Shown here: positions 49,785 to 58,208 of the stretch, piece by piece
Position numbering within the stretch: position 1 is the stretch's first letter
Layout of the letters: each line of letters begins with the position of its first letter
Assembly (NCBI GenBank): GCA_016218255.1
Contig: JACREN010000002.1
Location: 4,029 to 68,028 of the forward strand
Direction of reading: 5' to 3'
Length of the DNA stretch: 64,000 nucleotides
DNA from: Candidatus Gottesmanbacteria bacterium
GTDB lineage: Bacteria; Patescibacteriota; Microgenomatia; UBA10105; UBA927
Notes under the pieces: generated by a model
The model's database searches: none
Seen by the model: only the letters and a program-made list of their open reading frames with translations
Told to the model about the DNA's origin: nothing
Program-made: the position numbers and the translations under genes

Positions 49785-51128
49785 TCACGCTGGGTTTACC
49801 GCTTCGTTCTGATGCTTTTCCACCGAATAAAAACGGATCCGGTCGCCACGGAACATAAGGTCAACTTCTCCCAATGGTCCGTTTCTATGCTTGGCAATAC
49901 GCAATTTGGTAGGTATTTGCTCTCCCCACGTGGTCTGATCTCCTTCTTCTCGATAGATGAACATCACGACATCGGCATCCTGCTCAATACTGCCGGATTC
50001 GCGCAGATCAGACAATTCCGGCACACGGGTGCCGCGCGCCTCCACTGCCCGGGAAAGCTGGGAGCATGCCAGTACCGGCAAACGTAATTCGCGCGCCAAA
50101 TTTTTCATGCTTTGGGATATAACAGATACCTCTTGCACCCGGTTATCGTATCTGCGCCCGGAATCAGCGAGCTGCAGGTAGTCAACGATAATAAACTTTA
50201 TCCCGTGTTCTACCTGAAGCCTGCGGGCTTTCGTACGCATTTCCAGAATATTTATACCCGGCGTATCATCAATGAAAATTGGTGCTTCGGCGAGTTCACC
50301 CATTGCCTCAGAGAGACGGGTAAAATCATCATCGGTTAACCTGCCGGTTTTGAGCTTCCATGCATCTATATCTGCCTGCGAGACCAACAACCGGTCCACC
50401 AGCTCTTCTTTGCTCATTTCAAGCGAGAAGATCCCAACCGGCATCTTTTCCTTTACCGCAACATATTGCGCGATATTGAGAACCATCGCCGTTTTCCCGG
50501 TGCCCGGACGGGCGGCCAGAATAATAAGGTTTGCATCCTGAAGTCCCGCAAGTTTGTTATCCAGTTCGGTAAATCCGGTCGGCACCCCACGAAGTCCTCC
50601 GGCTCGTTTATGAAGTTCATCGAGCCGATCAAAAGAAGACGCAAGGGCGTCTTTTATAGGAATAAAATCGCGGCGCATGGACGCCTGCGAGATCGCAAAA
50701 ATTTCCTGCTCGGCACGGTCTACTATCTGCTGCGCTGACCCTTCTTCCCGAAATGCGAGTTCGGTAATCTGGGCTGCTGCTGCCACGAGCTGGCGCTTAG
50801 TGAAATGCTCCTGAATAATCCGCGCATACCGCTCGGCGTGTGCGCTGGTGGGAACAGCATTAAGAAGGTCACTCACCGCCGAAGCTCCACCTGCATCCTT
50901 GAGCGTCCCGTTTTTTTTAAGCTGCGCCGTGACGGTCACTACATCGATCGGCTCATGAGATTCGTACAGCTCCAAAATAGAGCTATAAATAAGGCCATGG
51001 GATTCTTTATAAAAGTGTTCCGGACGAAGAAACTCCGCGACGTCTATCATCGCGTCTTTATCTATAAGAATAGCGCCGAGTACCGACTGCTCGGCCGTAT
51101 CATCATGTGGAGGGACTTTGGGGTTCAT
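49785..51128 (-). CDS. dnaB: Replicative DNA helicase
   Basis: AEQSVLG, AARPGTGKT, FSLEM, DYLQL, SQLSR and DLRESGSIEQDAD. Confidence 0.97.
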   Translation of the reverse strand: MNPKVPPHDDTAEQSVLGAILIDKDAMIDVAEFLRPEHFYKESHGLIYSSILELYESHEPIDVVTVTAQLKKNGTLKDAGGASAVSDLLNAVPTSAHAERYARIIQEHFTKRQLVAAAAQITELAFREEGSAQQIVDRAEQEIFAISQASMRRDFIPIKDALASSFDRLDELHKRAGGLRGVPTGFTELDNKLAGLQDANLIILAARPGTGKTAMVLNIAQYVAVKEKMPVGIFSLEMSKEELVDRLLVSQADIDAWKLKTGRLTDDDFTRLSEAMGELAEAPIFIDDTPGINILEMRTKARRLQVEHGIKFIIVDYLQLADSGRRYDNRVQEVSVISQSMKNLARELRLPVLACSQLSRAVEARGTRVPELSDLRESGSIEQDADVVMFIYREEGDQTTWGEQIPTKLRIAKHRNGPLGEVDLMFRGDRIRFYSVEKHQNEAVNPA

Positions 51129-51746
51129 TTATTCCAGTACGACAATCTGCATCTCTTCGGGAATTTTCTCTTTGGTGACCACAAGCTTTGGCTGGGGCAG
51201 CACTGATTCTTTCCCCATCTCCTTTAAAAAAGCTTCCACTTGAGCGAGGTCTCCCAATATTTTTTGATTTAATTCCGGTCGTCCATAATGCATGGGTATG
51301 ACGATGGACGGCTCTACTTCGTGAATGATCTGGGAAGCAGCTGCCGCGTCCACAGTAGAGACACCACCCACCGGAATCATAAGAATATCAACACCATTCA
51401 GGCTGTCCACCTGAGCCGAAGTCAATACGTGTCCGATATCACCCAAATGCACCACGCTGATTCCGTCTATCTCAATACGGTACATCGTGTTTTTGTCGAC
51501 GGAAAAACCGACAATACCAACCCCTTTGACCTCATATTCTCCAGGGCCGTCTACTATATAGAATTCACCCTCCAACTCTTGCGTGGCGCTATGATCTCGT
51601 TGATCATGGGAAATCGTCACGATATCCGCAGTTATATGCTTTGGAAATTTAAGTCCTACGGCCGAAGAATCAAAGGGGTCTGTCACCACCGTCGCCGCTT
51701 TTCCGCGTAGTCTGAAAGAAGAATGACCTAAATACGTAATATCCAT
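51129..51746 (-). CDS. MBL-fold metallo-hydrolase
   Basis: YLGHSSF, DPF, SHDQRDH, HLGD, PVGG and PMHY. Confidence 0.88.
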   Translation of the reverse strand: MDITYLGHSSFRLRGKAATVVTDPFDSSAVGLKFPKHITADIVTISHDQRDHSATQELEGEFYIVDGPGEYEVKGVGIVGFSVDKNTMYRIEIDGISVVHLGDIGHVLTSAQVDSLNGVDILMIPVGGVSTVDAAAASQIIHEVEPSIVIPMHYGRPELNQKILGDLAQVEAFLKEMGKESVLPQPKLVVTKEKIPEEMQIVVLE

Positions 51747-51943
51747 ATATACTGTACTTGCCCCTCACCAGAACTCGTTCGATGCGGGACTGCGCCTACC
51801 TTCATACTATCATCGATCTGTACGTTTGCCAATTAAGCAATGCAGAAATTCGATCACTGTACGGGGCTTGCATTTTATAGCAGATTTCAGTATTCTAAGC
51901 AACACGGACTTTTCCTCTGCCTCAAGAATCTTCTACTAAAAAT

Positions 51944-52384
51944 ATGAATAGAGACGCACTACTTGCAACACTCATAGGATTAGGCGTCGGCCTGGTGATA
52001 ACTGGGTTGCTCTTGGTGGGCCCCACCCTCGTAAAATCCATCTCGCTCCCGAAGTTCTCCTTTTCTTTCCCATCTGCCAAACAAAATCCGTCGACGTCAC
52101 CCACTCCAGCACCCACAGAATTTTTTGTTTCCATTGACAGCCCGCTTGCTGAGGACATCGCGGCCAATGATGAACTCCTGGTTTCCGGTAAAACACTCGA
52201 AGGAACGATCGTGACAGTGCAAGGACCCAAAGACGAAGACGTCGTAACGGCAAAAACCGATGGAGCCTACGCGGGAAAAGTCATGCTCATAGAAGGGAAA
52301 AATGATATTACCGTCACAGCGTACAAAGACGGCAAACAGATGAGTCAGACGGTGACAGTCTACTTTACGCCGGAGGAAATATAA
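51944..52384 (+). CDS. Membrane-anchored protein with an Ig-like beta-sandwich
   Basis: N-terminal TM, Pro/Ser/Thr linker, then SP...VSGKT...DG.Y...L.EG.N.I.VTA. Confidence 0.75.
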   Translation: MNRDALLATLIGLGVGLVITGLLLVGPTLVKSISLPKFSFSFPSAKQNPSTSPTPAPTEFFVSIDSPLAEDIAANDELLVSGKTLEGTIVTVQGPKDEDVVTAKTDGAYAGKVMLIEGKNDITVTAYKDGKQMSQTVTVYFTPEEI

Positions 52385-53109
52385 TGAAAAAATATATGCT
52401 TTTTTCCCTGTTTTCACTGTTCTTTCTTTTTCCCTTTGCCGTGGCCCAAGCATCCTCTGAAGCAACGCCATCGACAAATCAGAAACAATTAAATGACCTC
52501 AAAGACCGGCTTGCGACCAAAGTCGCTGAACTTCGACAACTACAGCGGAAAGCAATTTCTGGAACAGTCAAAACGGTATCCGCATCAACCGCGACCATCG
52601 AGACAGCCACCAAAGACATAAAAATCGAACTACTCGATGATATCGCAATCGCACAGGTGATAAAAGGAACACGGACGAAACTGACCATCGATAAACTGGA
52701 AAAAGGAGACCAAGTCGTTGTATTCGGGGAATTTGATGCAACCCTTGATCTGTTGCGCGCCAAAGCTATATTCATCGAGTCTGCTCTCCCCCAACGAATT
52801 GCGGGCACAGTCGTTGAGACAAAAAAAACAGACTACACCATAACCGTAAAAACGCCGGAAGGCAAACAGTATACCGTTGATATTGAAACCATAACAAAAA
52901 TATCGGCGTGGACTTCTGATAAAGGTATGACAAAAGCAGGTTTTTCTAAATTAACCTCTGGGGACAGCGTCCATGTCATAGGCACTCCTGTGGCAAAAAA
53001 AGAAGACCGCTTGAGTGCGCTTCGGATATTGGATCTTGGCAATCTAACAGGAAGACCAATACCGACCGAACAAGTCACCCAAAAATCCGCTACAACTCCT
53101 AGCCAATAA
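52384..53109 (+). CDS. Secreted protein with two beta-barrel (DUF5666-like) repeats
   Basis: Signal peptide, coiled coil, and repeated 'G.V.....ITV.T...L..GD.V.V.G...L.A'. Confidence 0.7.
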   Translation: MKKYMLFSLFSLFFLFPFAVAQASSEATPSTNQKQLNDLKDRLATKVAELRQLQRKAISGTVKTVSASTATIETATKDIKIELLDDIAIAQVIKGTRTKLTIDKLEKGDQVVVFGEFDATLDLLRAKAIFIESALPQRIAGTVVETKKTDYTITVKTPEGKQYTVDIETITKISAWTSDKGMTKAGFSKLTSGDSVHVIGTPVAKKEDRLSALRILDLGNLTGRPIPTEQVTQKSATTPSQ

Positions 53110-53121
53110 CGTCTTTTCAGA

Positions 53122-53153
53122 AGATATGTCATCATGTTACCATATGACTATAT
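53122..53153 (+). promoter_or_regulatory. Candidate autoregulatory operator overlapping an extended -10
   Basis: Phased 8-mers AGATATGT-CATCATGT-TACCATAT-GACTATAT; TGnTACCAT at 53135-53143, 8 nt before ATG 53152. Confidence 0.55.
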
Positions 53154-53526
53154 GAAACAATCGGTCAAACATATAAAAAAACTACGGCCCTACCCGTCTC
53201 CTGCAATGAAGGAATTATTTAATGCAGCCCTACTCCTTCGAACACCACGCGAGGCATCTGATTTTTTTCGGGATTTACTGACGATCGCAGAATTAACCGA
53301 ATTTGCGAGCCGGTGGCAGATAGTCAAACGACTCAACAAAGGAGAATCCTACCTGAAAATTGCCACGGAATTAAATGTCTCAACAACCACCGTCACCCGC
53401 GTTGCCCAGTGGCTTCATGAAGGAATGGGAGGCTACCGCACGATTGCTACCCGTGCATTCGGCAAAAATCCCGACTACCAGCCGGAAAAACCACTCATCC
53501 CCCGCGGGAAACGCTGGGTGCGATAA
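53152..53526 (+). CDS. TrpR-like (YerC/YecD, HisR-type) transcriptional repressor
   Basis: FFRDLLT..E....SRWQ...L..G.SY..IA....VSTTTVTRVA..L..G.GGY. Confidence 0.92.
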   Translation: MKQSVKHIKKLRPYPSPAMKELFNAALLLRTPREASDFFRDLLTIAELTEFASRWQIVKRLNKGESYLKIATELNVSTTTVTRVAQWLHEGMGGYRTIATRAFGKNPDYQPEKPLIPRGKRWVR

Positions 53527-53609
53527 CGCCTCGCTTATTGCTCAGGATTCCCAAATTAACTCTCCCAAAAAAACAAAAGAATAACTCTTTTTCATTACGC
53601 CTTTACCAC

Positions 53610-53680
53610 TTGACACCATTTTTATAATATTGTAATATATTAACGTGTTAACATGGTAACACGTTAATACACTGATATAT
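53610..53680 (+). promoter_or_regulatory. Sigma70 promoter with an overlapping 8-bp-phased operator array
   Basis: TTGACA(53610)-N17-TAATAT(53633); TAATATTG-TAATATAT-TAACGTGT-TAACATGG-TAACACGT-TAATACAC-TGATATAT; 13-bp perfect inverted arms at 53638-53650 and 53657-53669. Confidence 0.78.
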
Positions 53681-53792
53681 GAGCCCCTTCATCACTGTTT
53701 TTGCTGTTATAAATAAATATCTTCGACCAGAAATAAATACTGGCGTTTCTTCGCGCGTTTCCCCAGTTTTCCATCACCACCTCACCCGCTAA
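53679..53792 (+). CDS. Putative histidine leader peptide (37 aa)
   Basis: Manual translation: MSPFITVFAVINKYLRPEINTGVSSRVSPVFHHHLTR*; CAT CAC CAC at 53772-53780. Confidence 0.62.
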   Translation: MSPFITVFAVINKYLRPEINTGVSSRVSPVFHHHLTR

Positions 53793-53889
53793 TCTGCGCG
53801 CGGTCGAGGCGAGATTTCATATTTTTTCCACCTTCTCTTCTTAACCGTACGTAGATACCGTTTCTACGCACAAAAGGGGGGTGAAAAAT

Positions 53890-54915
53890 ATGAAGCTCGA
53901 ATTTACTAGAATGAATAACATAGATGGAGATCCGCTTTTGATACGCGGCAGTGAAGCGGCGCTTGCATCAGGCGGTGCATATATCGTCACACAGGATACC
54001 GAACGCCTCCTCCTGCGACTGGGTGTTATCTTACCCGATCGCGACATCCAGACATTTAATACCGCAGTACTGCAGACGCTTTCGCCTGTATTTAATGTTG
54101 TTATGACGGACGAAAACCGCTTTTATAATCGGCTCGGCACTGCGTTTGTTTATGCCTGTATCAGGGCGAAATCCGAAAACGCTGAAGTCATACTTCTTGA
54201 CCGATTTATTAGCGCGCCGGGTCTACCGCCAGATGAATTTTCAACCCTTAGTATCGGACGCGTAACGACACCTATCGGAGAAATACTTGGGCCGCGCCCC
54301 GGCGATCCGGATATAGATGAGCAGCTTGCCATCATAGATGCAAAGATGAGACAAAAGGGAACAAATAAAATCATACTCGTAGACGACGGCCTTTCTACCG
54401 TTGATGCCCTTGAGCCATATGAGGAAATCGCCAACACCCAAGGGTGGCAAATCGTAGATATGACATTGGGAGTATTACCGTCTGCTGGCAACGGCGACGA
54501 GTGGAACACAAAAGCCGCTGCAATGATAATTACCGGCAGATCGCCTGTCTGCGTACTACCAGTAACGTCTCCTCTCGATTGGATTTGCCAACGTGATTTT
54601 ACTCTTTTTGGCGGAAAAACGGTTGCAATGGACGGCGTCGGGTACCCATTGACTGCTCCGTACTTTAGCCCCTTTACCGGAGGACAAAGTGCGAGCATAC
54701 CGACCGGACGACTGAATGAGGTAAGTCAAAAAATCCTGCTTGCCAATCAAGCCATGATTAGAGCAATCGATCGTCAAATCGGACAACCATTGACGTTTAC
54801 TGACGTGTTAAATGCCGGCTATGGGCTACCCGTAAGTTTATTAGGCAAACTTCCGATACCTTCGCCGGAAGATAGTGTAACTGAATATATAGGTACCGCG
54901 TTGGCATGCATATGA
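53890..54915 (+). CDS. Uncharacterised protein with a type I PRTase-like motif
   Basis: IILVDDGLST resembles the PRPP-binding loop hhhhDDxxxTG; G-rich SD upstream. Confidence 0.6.
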   Translation: MKLEFTRMNNIDGDPLLIRGSEAALASGGAYIVTQDTERLLLRLGVILPDRDIQTFNTAVLQTLSPVFNVVMTDENRFYNRLGTAFVYACIRAKSENAEVILLDRFISAPGLPPDEFSTLSIGRVTTPIGEILGPRPGDPDIDEQLAIIDAKMRQKGTNKIILVDDGLSTVDALEPYEEIANTQGWQIVDMTLGVLPSAGNGDEWNTKAAAMIITGRSPVCVLPVTSPLDWICQRDFTLFGGKTVAMDGVGYPLTAPYFSPFTGGQSASIPTGRLNEVSQKILLANQAMIRAIDRQIGQPLTFTDVLNAGYGLPVSLLGKLPIPSPEDSVTEYIGTALACI

Positions 54916-55676
54916 AAGAAATGGAATCGATACCATCGCTGTGGTACCAATCAGATCCGCGGCGGCTCGACCAGACAAACATACCTCTTGGATGGGTACG
55001 TGAGGTCGTGCCGCTGCGGGCATACGCCCAAAACCTGTTCGCCATTGTCGGCACTTCAGGATGCGGCCGGGACACGCTCATTGACGCCATGATGGTTCTC
55101 TCTCCCACACTGGCCCGTGTGCGGCGGACGACGACCCGGCCCTCTCGATATCCCAACGAATCCGTCCGTATTCTCTCCCTGTCTGAGTCATCGTTTACCG
55201 CAATACAGCAAAATCAAAAAATATTGTGTCCGTACCGGTATCCTCCAAATGGAAAATGGTACGGCATTTCACAGGATGAATTGAAAATAATAAAACAGGG
55301 ACCGGCGATCCTCGAAGGAACCGCAGAAATTCTTCCGCTTAAAATGCTGCTTCCGGAAAGCACCGCAGTCATCATTGTCCCGCGGTCATTCAATCAATTA
55401 GAACAGCAGCTCATAGGCCGCGACGGCGAAACTGCGGAGACACTCAAGCGCGTCGAGCGATCAAAACGGGAGCTTACCATCCTATTGACACGCTTACCCC
55501 GACTGATTGAGACAAACGCAATCAATGGCATAGTGATAAACGATGATACACCCGCAAATGTTGGCTCGCGTACGCTTATGCAAATGCAAGGCAATATGTG
55601 GCCAACCGCGATACCACAAAAATTACAGACGGATATTACAGACTATTTATCACAATGGAATTGTACTAGCGTATGA
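54906..55676 (+). CDS. Guanylate kinase/PhnN-like P-loop kinase
   Basis: GTSGCGRDT, RRTTTRPSR, NGKWYGI and IVIND. Confidence 0.75.
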   Translation: MHMKEMESIPSLWYQSDPRRLDQTNIPLGWVREVVPLRAYAQNLFAIVGTSGCGRDTLIDAMMVLSPTLARVRRTTTRPSRYPNESVRILSLSESSFTAIQQNQKILCPYRYPPNGKWYGISQDELKIIKQGPAILEGTAEILPLKMLLPESTAVIIVPRSFNQLEQQLIGRDGETAETLKRVERSKRELTILLTRLPRLIETNAINGIVINDDTPANVGSRTLMQMQGNMWPTAIPQKLQTDITDYLSQWNCTSV

Positions 55677-56611
55677 AACCTATCCTGTACATAGACACCG
55701 ATGCTGGAGTTGACGATATCGTTGCGATTTGTATGATCATCGCCGCTGATACATTTGATGTACGGGGTATAAGTATCGTAAACGGGGTGGCTTCGGTATC
55801 CCGCGGCATACGGAATCTTTCCCGCATTCTGCCGACCATAACACAATCAATAATTCCACTATATAGTGGGATAAATCAAACCAGCCAAAACTCAAGCGTT
55901 CAATTTCCCCCAATCGACCGAATTCGTGCTGAATCTTTTGCGCTATTCCCCGGCATATCCTTCCCTCCCTCATCTGGCAAATTCGGAAATATAAAAGACC
56001 TGCAAAAAAGCATCGCAGCACAAAATGAGTCGGTTACTTTTCTTTGTCTGGGGCCGCTGAGCAATATTGCGTATTTGCTACAAAACACCAGCATCCGTAC
56101 GGTTGTCCGAGAATTGGTTATCATGGGTGGCGCAGTCAATGTGCCCGGCATCGTGCCACCCCGTAATATCTCGGAGTATAATTTCAGGCTGGATGCTGTT
56201 GCTGCAAACATGATTCTCCGATCATCAATTCCCAAAAGACTTATTCCCATCGATGCAACGAAAAAAGTACCTGCAACTATGGCCTCTGCGTCTAAAACCA
56301 TGCAGTCTACCGTGCAAATGTTTTTCAACGATGTATCTGCCGCCCAACCGCTATCCAATGCTGGCAAAATTATCCGTTCCATAATACTGAATAACACGGG
56401 CGATTTTCAAAACTTCTACGACCCGCTTGCAGCAGCCACCCTGCTCAGTCGCACTATAACGTGCCAATGGCACCCGTATAATCTTTCTGTATCGACAAAA
56501 GGATATTGTAAAGGGAAAGTGCTCGTTGGAAAAAACAAAAATACAACACAGGTCCCTGAAACCATCAATGCAGGGGCGTTTTATTCACTCATGATACAAT
56601 CACTGCAATGA
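55673..56611 (+). CDS. Nucleoside hydrolase (IU-NH fold)
   Basis: DTDAGVDD, NG, LGPLSN, MGGA, EYN..LD and YDP. Confidence 0.88.
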   Translation: MKPILYIDTDAGVDDIVAICMIIAADTFDVRGISIVNGVASVSRGIRNLSRILPTITQSIIPLYSGINQTSQNSSVQFPPIDRIRAESFALFPGISFPPSSGKFGNIKDLQKSIAAQNESVTFLCLGPLSNIAYLLQNTSIRTVVRELVIMGGAVNVPGIVPPRNISEYNFRLDAVAANMILRSSIPKRLIPIDATKKVPATMASASKTMQSTVQMFFNDVSAAQPLSNAGKIIRSIILNNTGDFQNFYDPLAAATLLSRTITCQWHPYNLSVSTKGYCKGKVLVGKNKNTTQVPETINAGAFYSLMIQSLQ

Positions 56612-57744
56612 TACGAAAAACAACAGCTGCAACCGCACTTTTGATCACCAACCCTACAAATATACGGTATCTCACCGGATTTACGGGCGCAGCTCCCGAG
56701 GAACGGGAGGCGTATGTCTTGTTGACTCAAAAAACGCCCTATTTGTTTACAAGCGCGCTATACCGTGAGTCAACAAAAAATCTCAAATCACAAATCCCAA
56801 TGACCAAACAGGATACGATAACGACTGTTGAAATTTCACGCGAAGATCCCTTTACGAAAAAACTTACTGAAATTCTCAAAAAAAATGCGTGCGTTCGCTT
56901 AGAATTTGAGGAGAACAACCTCACCGTAGCAGAACTTGGAAAGCTGAAAAAGGAACTTAAGGGAATCACTCTCATCCCAACACAAAACAAAATCGAAGAA
57001 CTGCGGGTGATCAAAAAAGATGATGAAATTACCAACATCCGTGCCGCAGCAACATGCACGGATCGATGCTTTGATTATATCCTCGGCAAACTCAAACCAG
57101 GAATTTCAGAAAGACAAATCGCGTGGGAAATCGAATCATACATCAGAAAAAACGGCGCGTCTCTCGCCTTCTCGCCTATCGTCGCGTTTGGAAGGAATCC
57201 TTCCATGCCTCATTATCAACCAAAAGACAGATGCAAGCTGACCGCTAACAACTTAATTCTTCTGGACTTTGGCGCGCGCGTCAACGGCTACTGCAGCGAT
57301 ATGACGCGGGTGGTATTTACGGGCAAACCAAAAAACGAATGGCTGCATGCTTACAATACAGTTTTTGAGGCCCAATCCGCTGCAATCAAATACCTGCAAG
57401 CTCAAGGGCGAACCTTAAATCCACAACTCTTAGGCACCAAAGCAGATCAAATCGCGAGGGATGTTATTGAGCGCGCTGGTTTCCCTACCTATCCCCACTC
57501 TCTCGGCCATGGCGTAGGACTGGACATACACGAAATTCCCCGCCTCATATCCCAGAAGGATCGCATCCTTCCAAAAACTCAACCACAGAAGGATGCGATC
57601 CTTCTATCTGGCATAGTGCTCACTGTCGAGCCAGGTATATATATGGAAGGCTCCTATGGCATCCGGATTGAAGATTTGGTACTCTTAAAACAAGATGGCA
57701 TTGAACTGCTTTCCAAAAGTCCAAAAAACATCATCATTCTATAA
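56608..57744 (+). CDS. pepP: Xaa-Pro aminopeptidase (M24)
   Basis: NIRYLTGF, PH, DFG...GYCSDMTR, HSLGHGVGLDIHE, EPGIY and RIED. Confidence 0.93.
   Translation: MIRKTTAATALLITNPTNIRYLTGFTGAAPEEREAYVLLTQKTPYLFTSALYRESTKNLKSQIPMTKQDTITTVEISREDPFTKKLTEILKKNACVRLEFEENNLTVAELGKLKKELKGITLIPTQNKIEELRVIKKDDEITNIRAAATCTDRCFDYILGKLKPGISERQIAWEIESYIRKNGASLAFSPIVAFGRNPSMPHYQPKDRCKLTANNLILLDFGARVNGYCSDMTRVVFTGKPKNEWLHAYNTVFEAQSAAIKYLQAQGRTLNPQLLGTKADQIARDVIERAGFPTYPHSLGHGVGLDIHEIPRLISQKDRILPKTQPQKDAILLSGIVLTVEPGIYMEGSYGIRIEDLVLLKQDGIELLSKSPKNIIIL
57554..57605. repeat. REP-like palindrome doublet inside pepP
   Basis: agaaggatcgcatccttc (57554-57571) and its exact reverse complement (57588-57605). Confidence 0.85.
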
Positions 57745-57768
57745 AAATTGTTCTTTCGTAAGTAGCAT

Positions 57769-57806
57769 ATATATTAATATGTTAACATATTAATATATTA
57801 CCATAT
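57769..57806. promoter_or_regulatory. Operator-like array upstream of VOC-hisS
   Basis: 30-bp perfect palindrome atatattaatatGTTAACatattaatatat (57769-57798); phased TAATATGT-TAACATAT-TAATATAT-TACCATAT. Confidence 0.75.
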
Positions 57807-57815
57807 ACAACGAAT

Positions 57816-58208
57816 ATGAATACCTCTCTGGAGTGGGTCATCTTGATAACTGAACAGTACACTGCAATGAAAGCGTTTTATGAAAAAACGCTTGGCTTGC
57901 CTATCAAACGGGATGTTCCCGGAGAAGAATTTACGCAGTTTACATTACAAAATTGTAATATAGCGATATACGGAAAACGATACGCGGAAACGTTAGTTGG
58001 CAAAGACAAAATAGGAACTCCCGGCAGAGCCATATATAGCTTTGCCGCATCGGACGATATCGATCTTCTCTATCAACAATTAAAAGCGAAAGGTGTACAA
58101 TTTATAAAAGAGCCAGAAACCCAACCATGGGGACAGCGGACAGCATACTTTACCGACCCTGACGGAAATATCTGGGAAATACAGCAGTGGATATCTAAAC
58201 CAGCATGA
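57816..58208 (+). CDS. VOC/glyoxalase family protein
   Basis: AFY..TLG, DID..Y..L..KGV and QPWGQRTAYFTDPDGN.WEI. Confidence 0.92.
   Translation: MNTSLEWVILITEQYTAMKAFYEKTLGLPIKRDVPGEEFTQFTLQNCNIAIYGKRYAETLVGKDKIGTPGRAIYSFAASDDIDLLYQQLKAKGVQFIKEPETQPWGQRTAYFTDPDGNIWEIQQWISKPA

Noticed and set aside
51901-51926. RNase P RNA (minus strand GAGGAAAAGTCCG resembles the P4 5' strand)
   Set aside because: No complementary P4 3' strand downstream, and only ~150 nt of space before the MBL gene
53890-56611. Canonical histidine biosynthesis operon
   Set aside because: No HisG, D, C, B, H, A, F or I motifs in any of the ORFs
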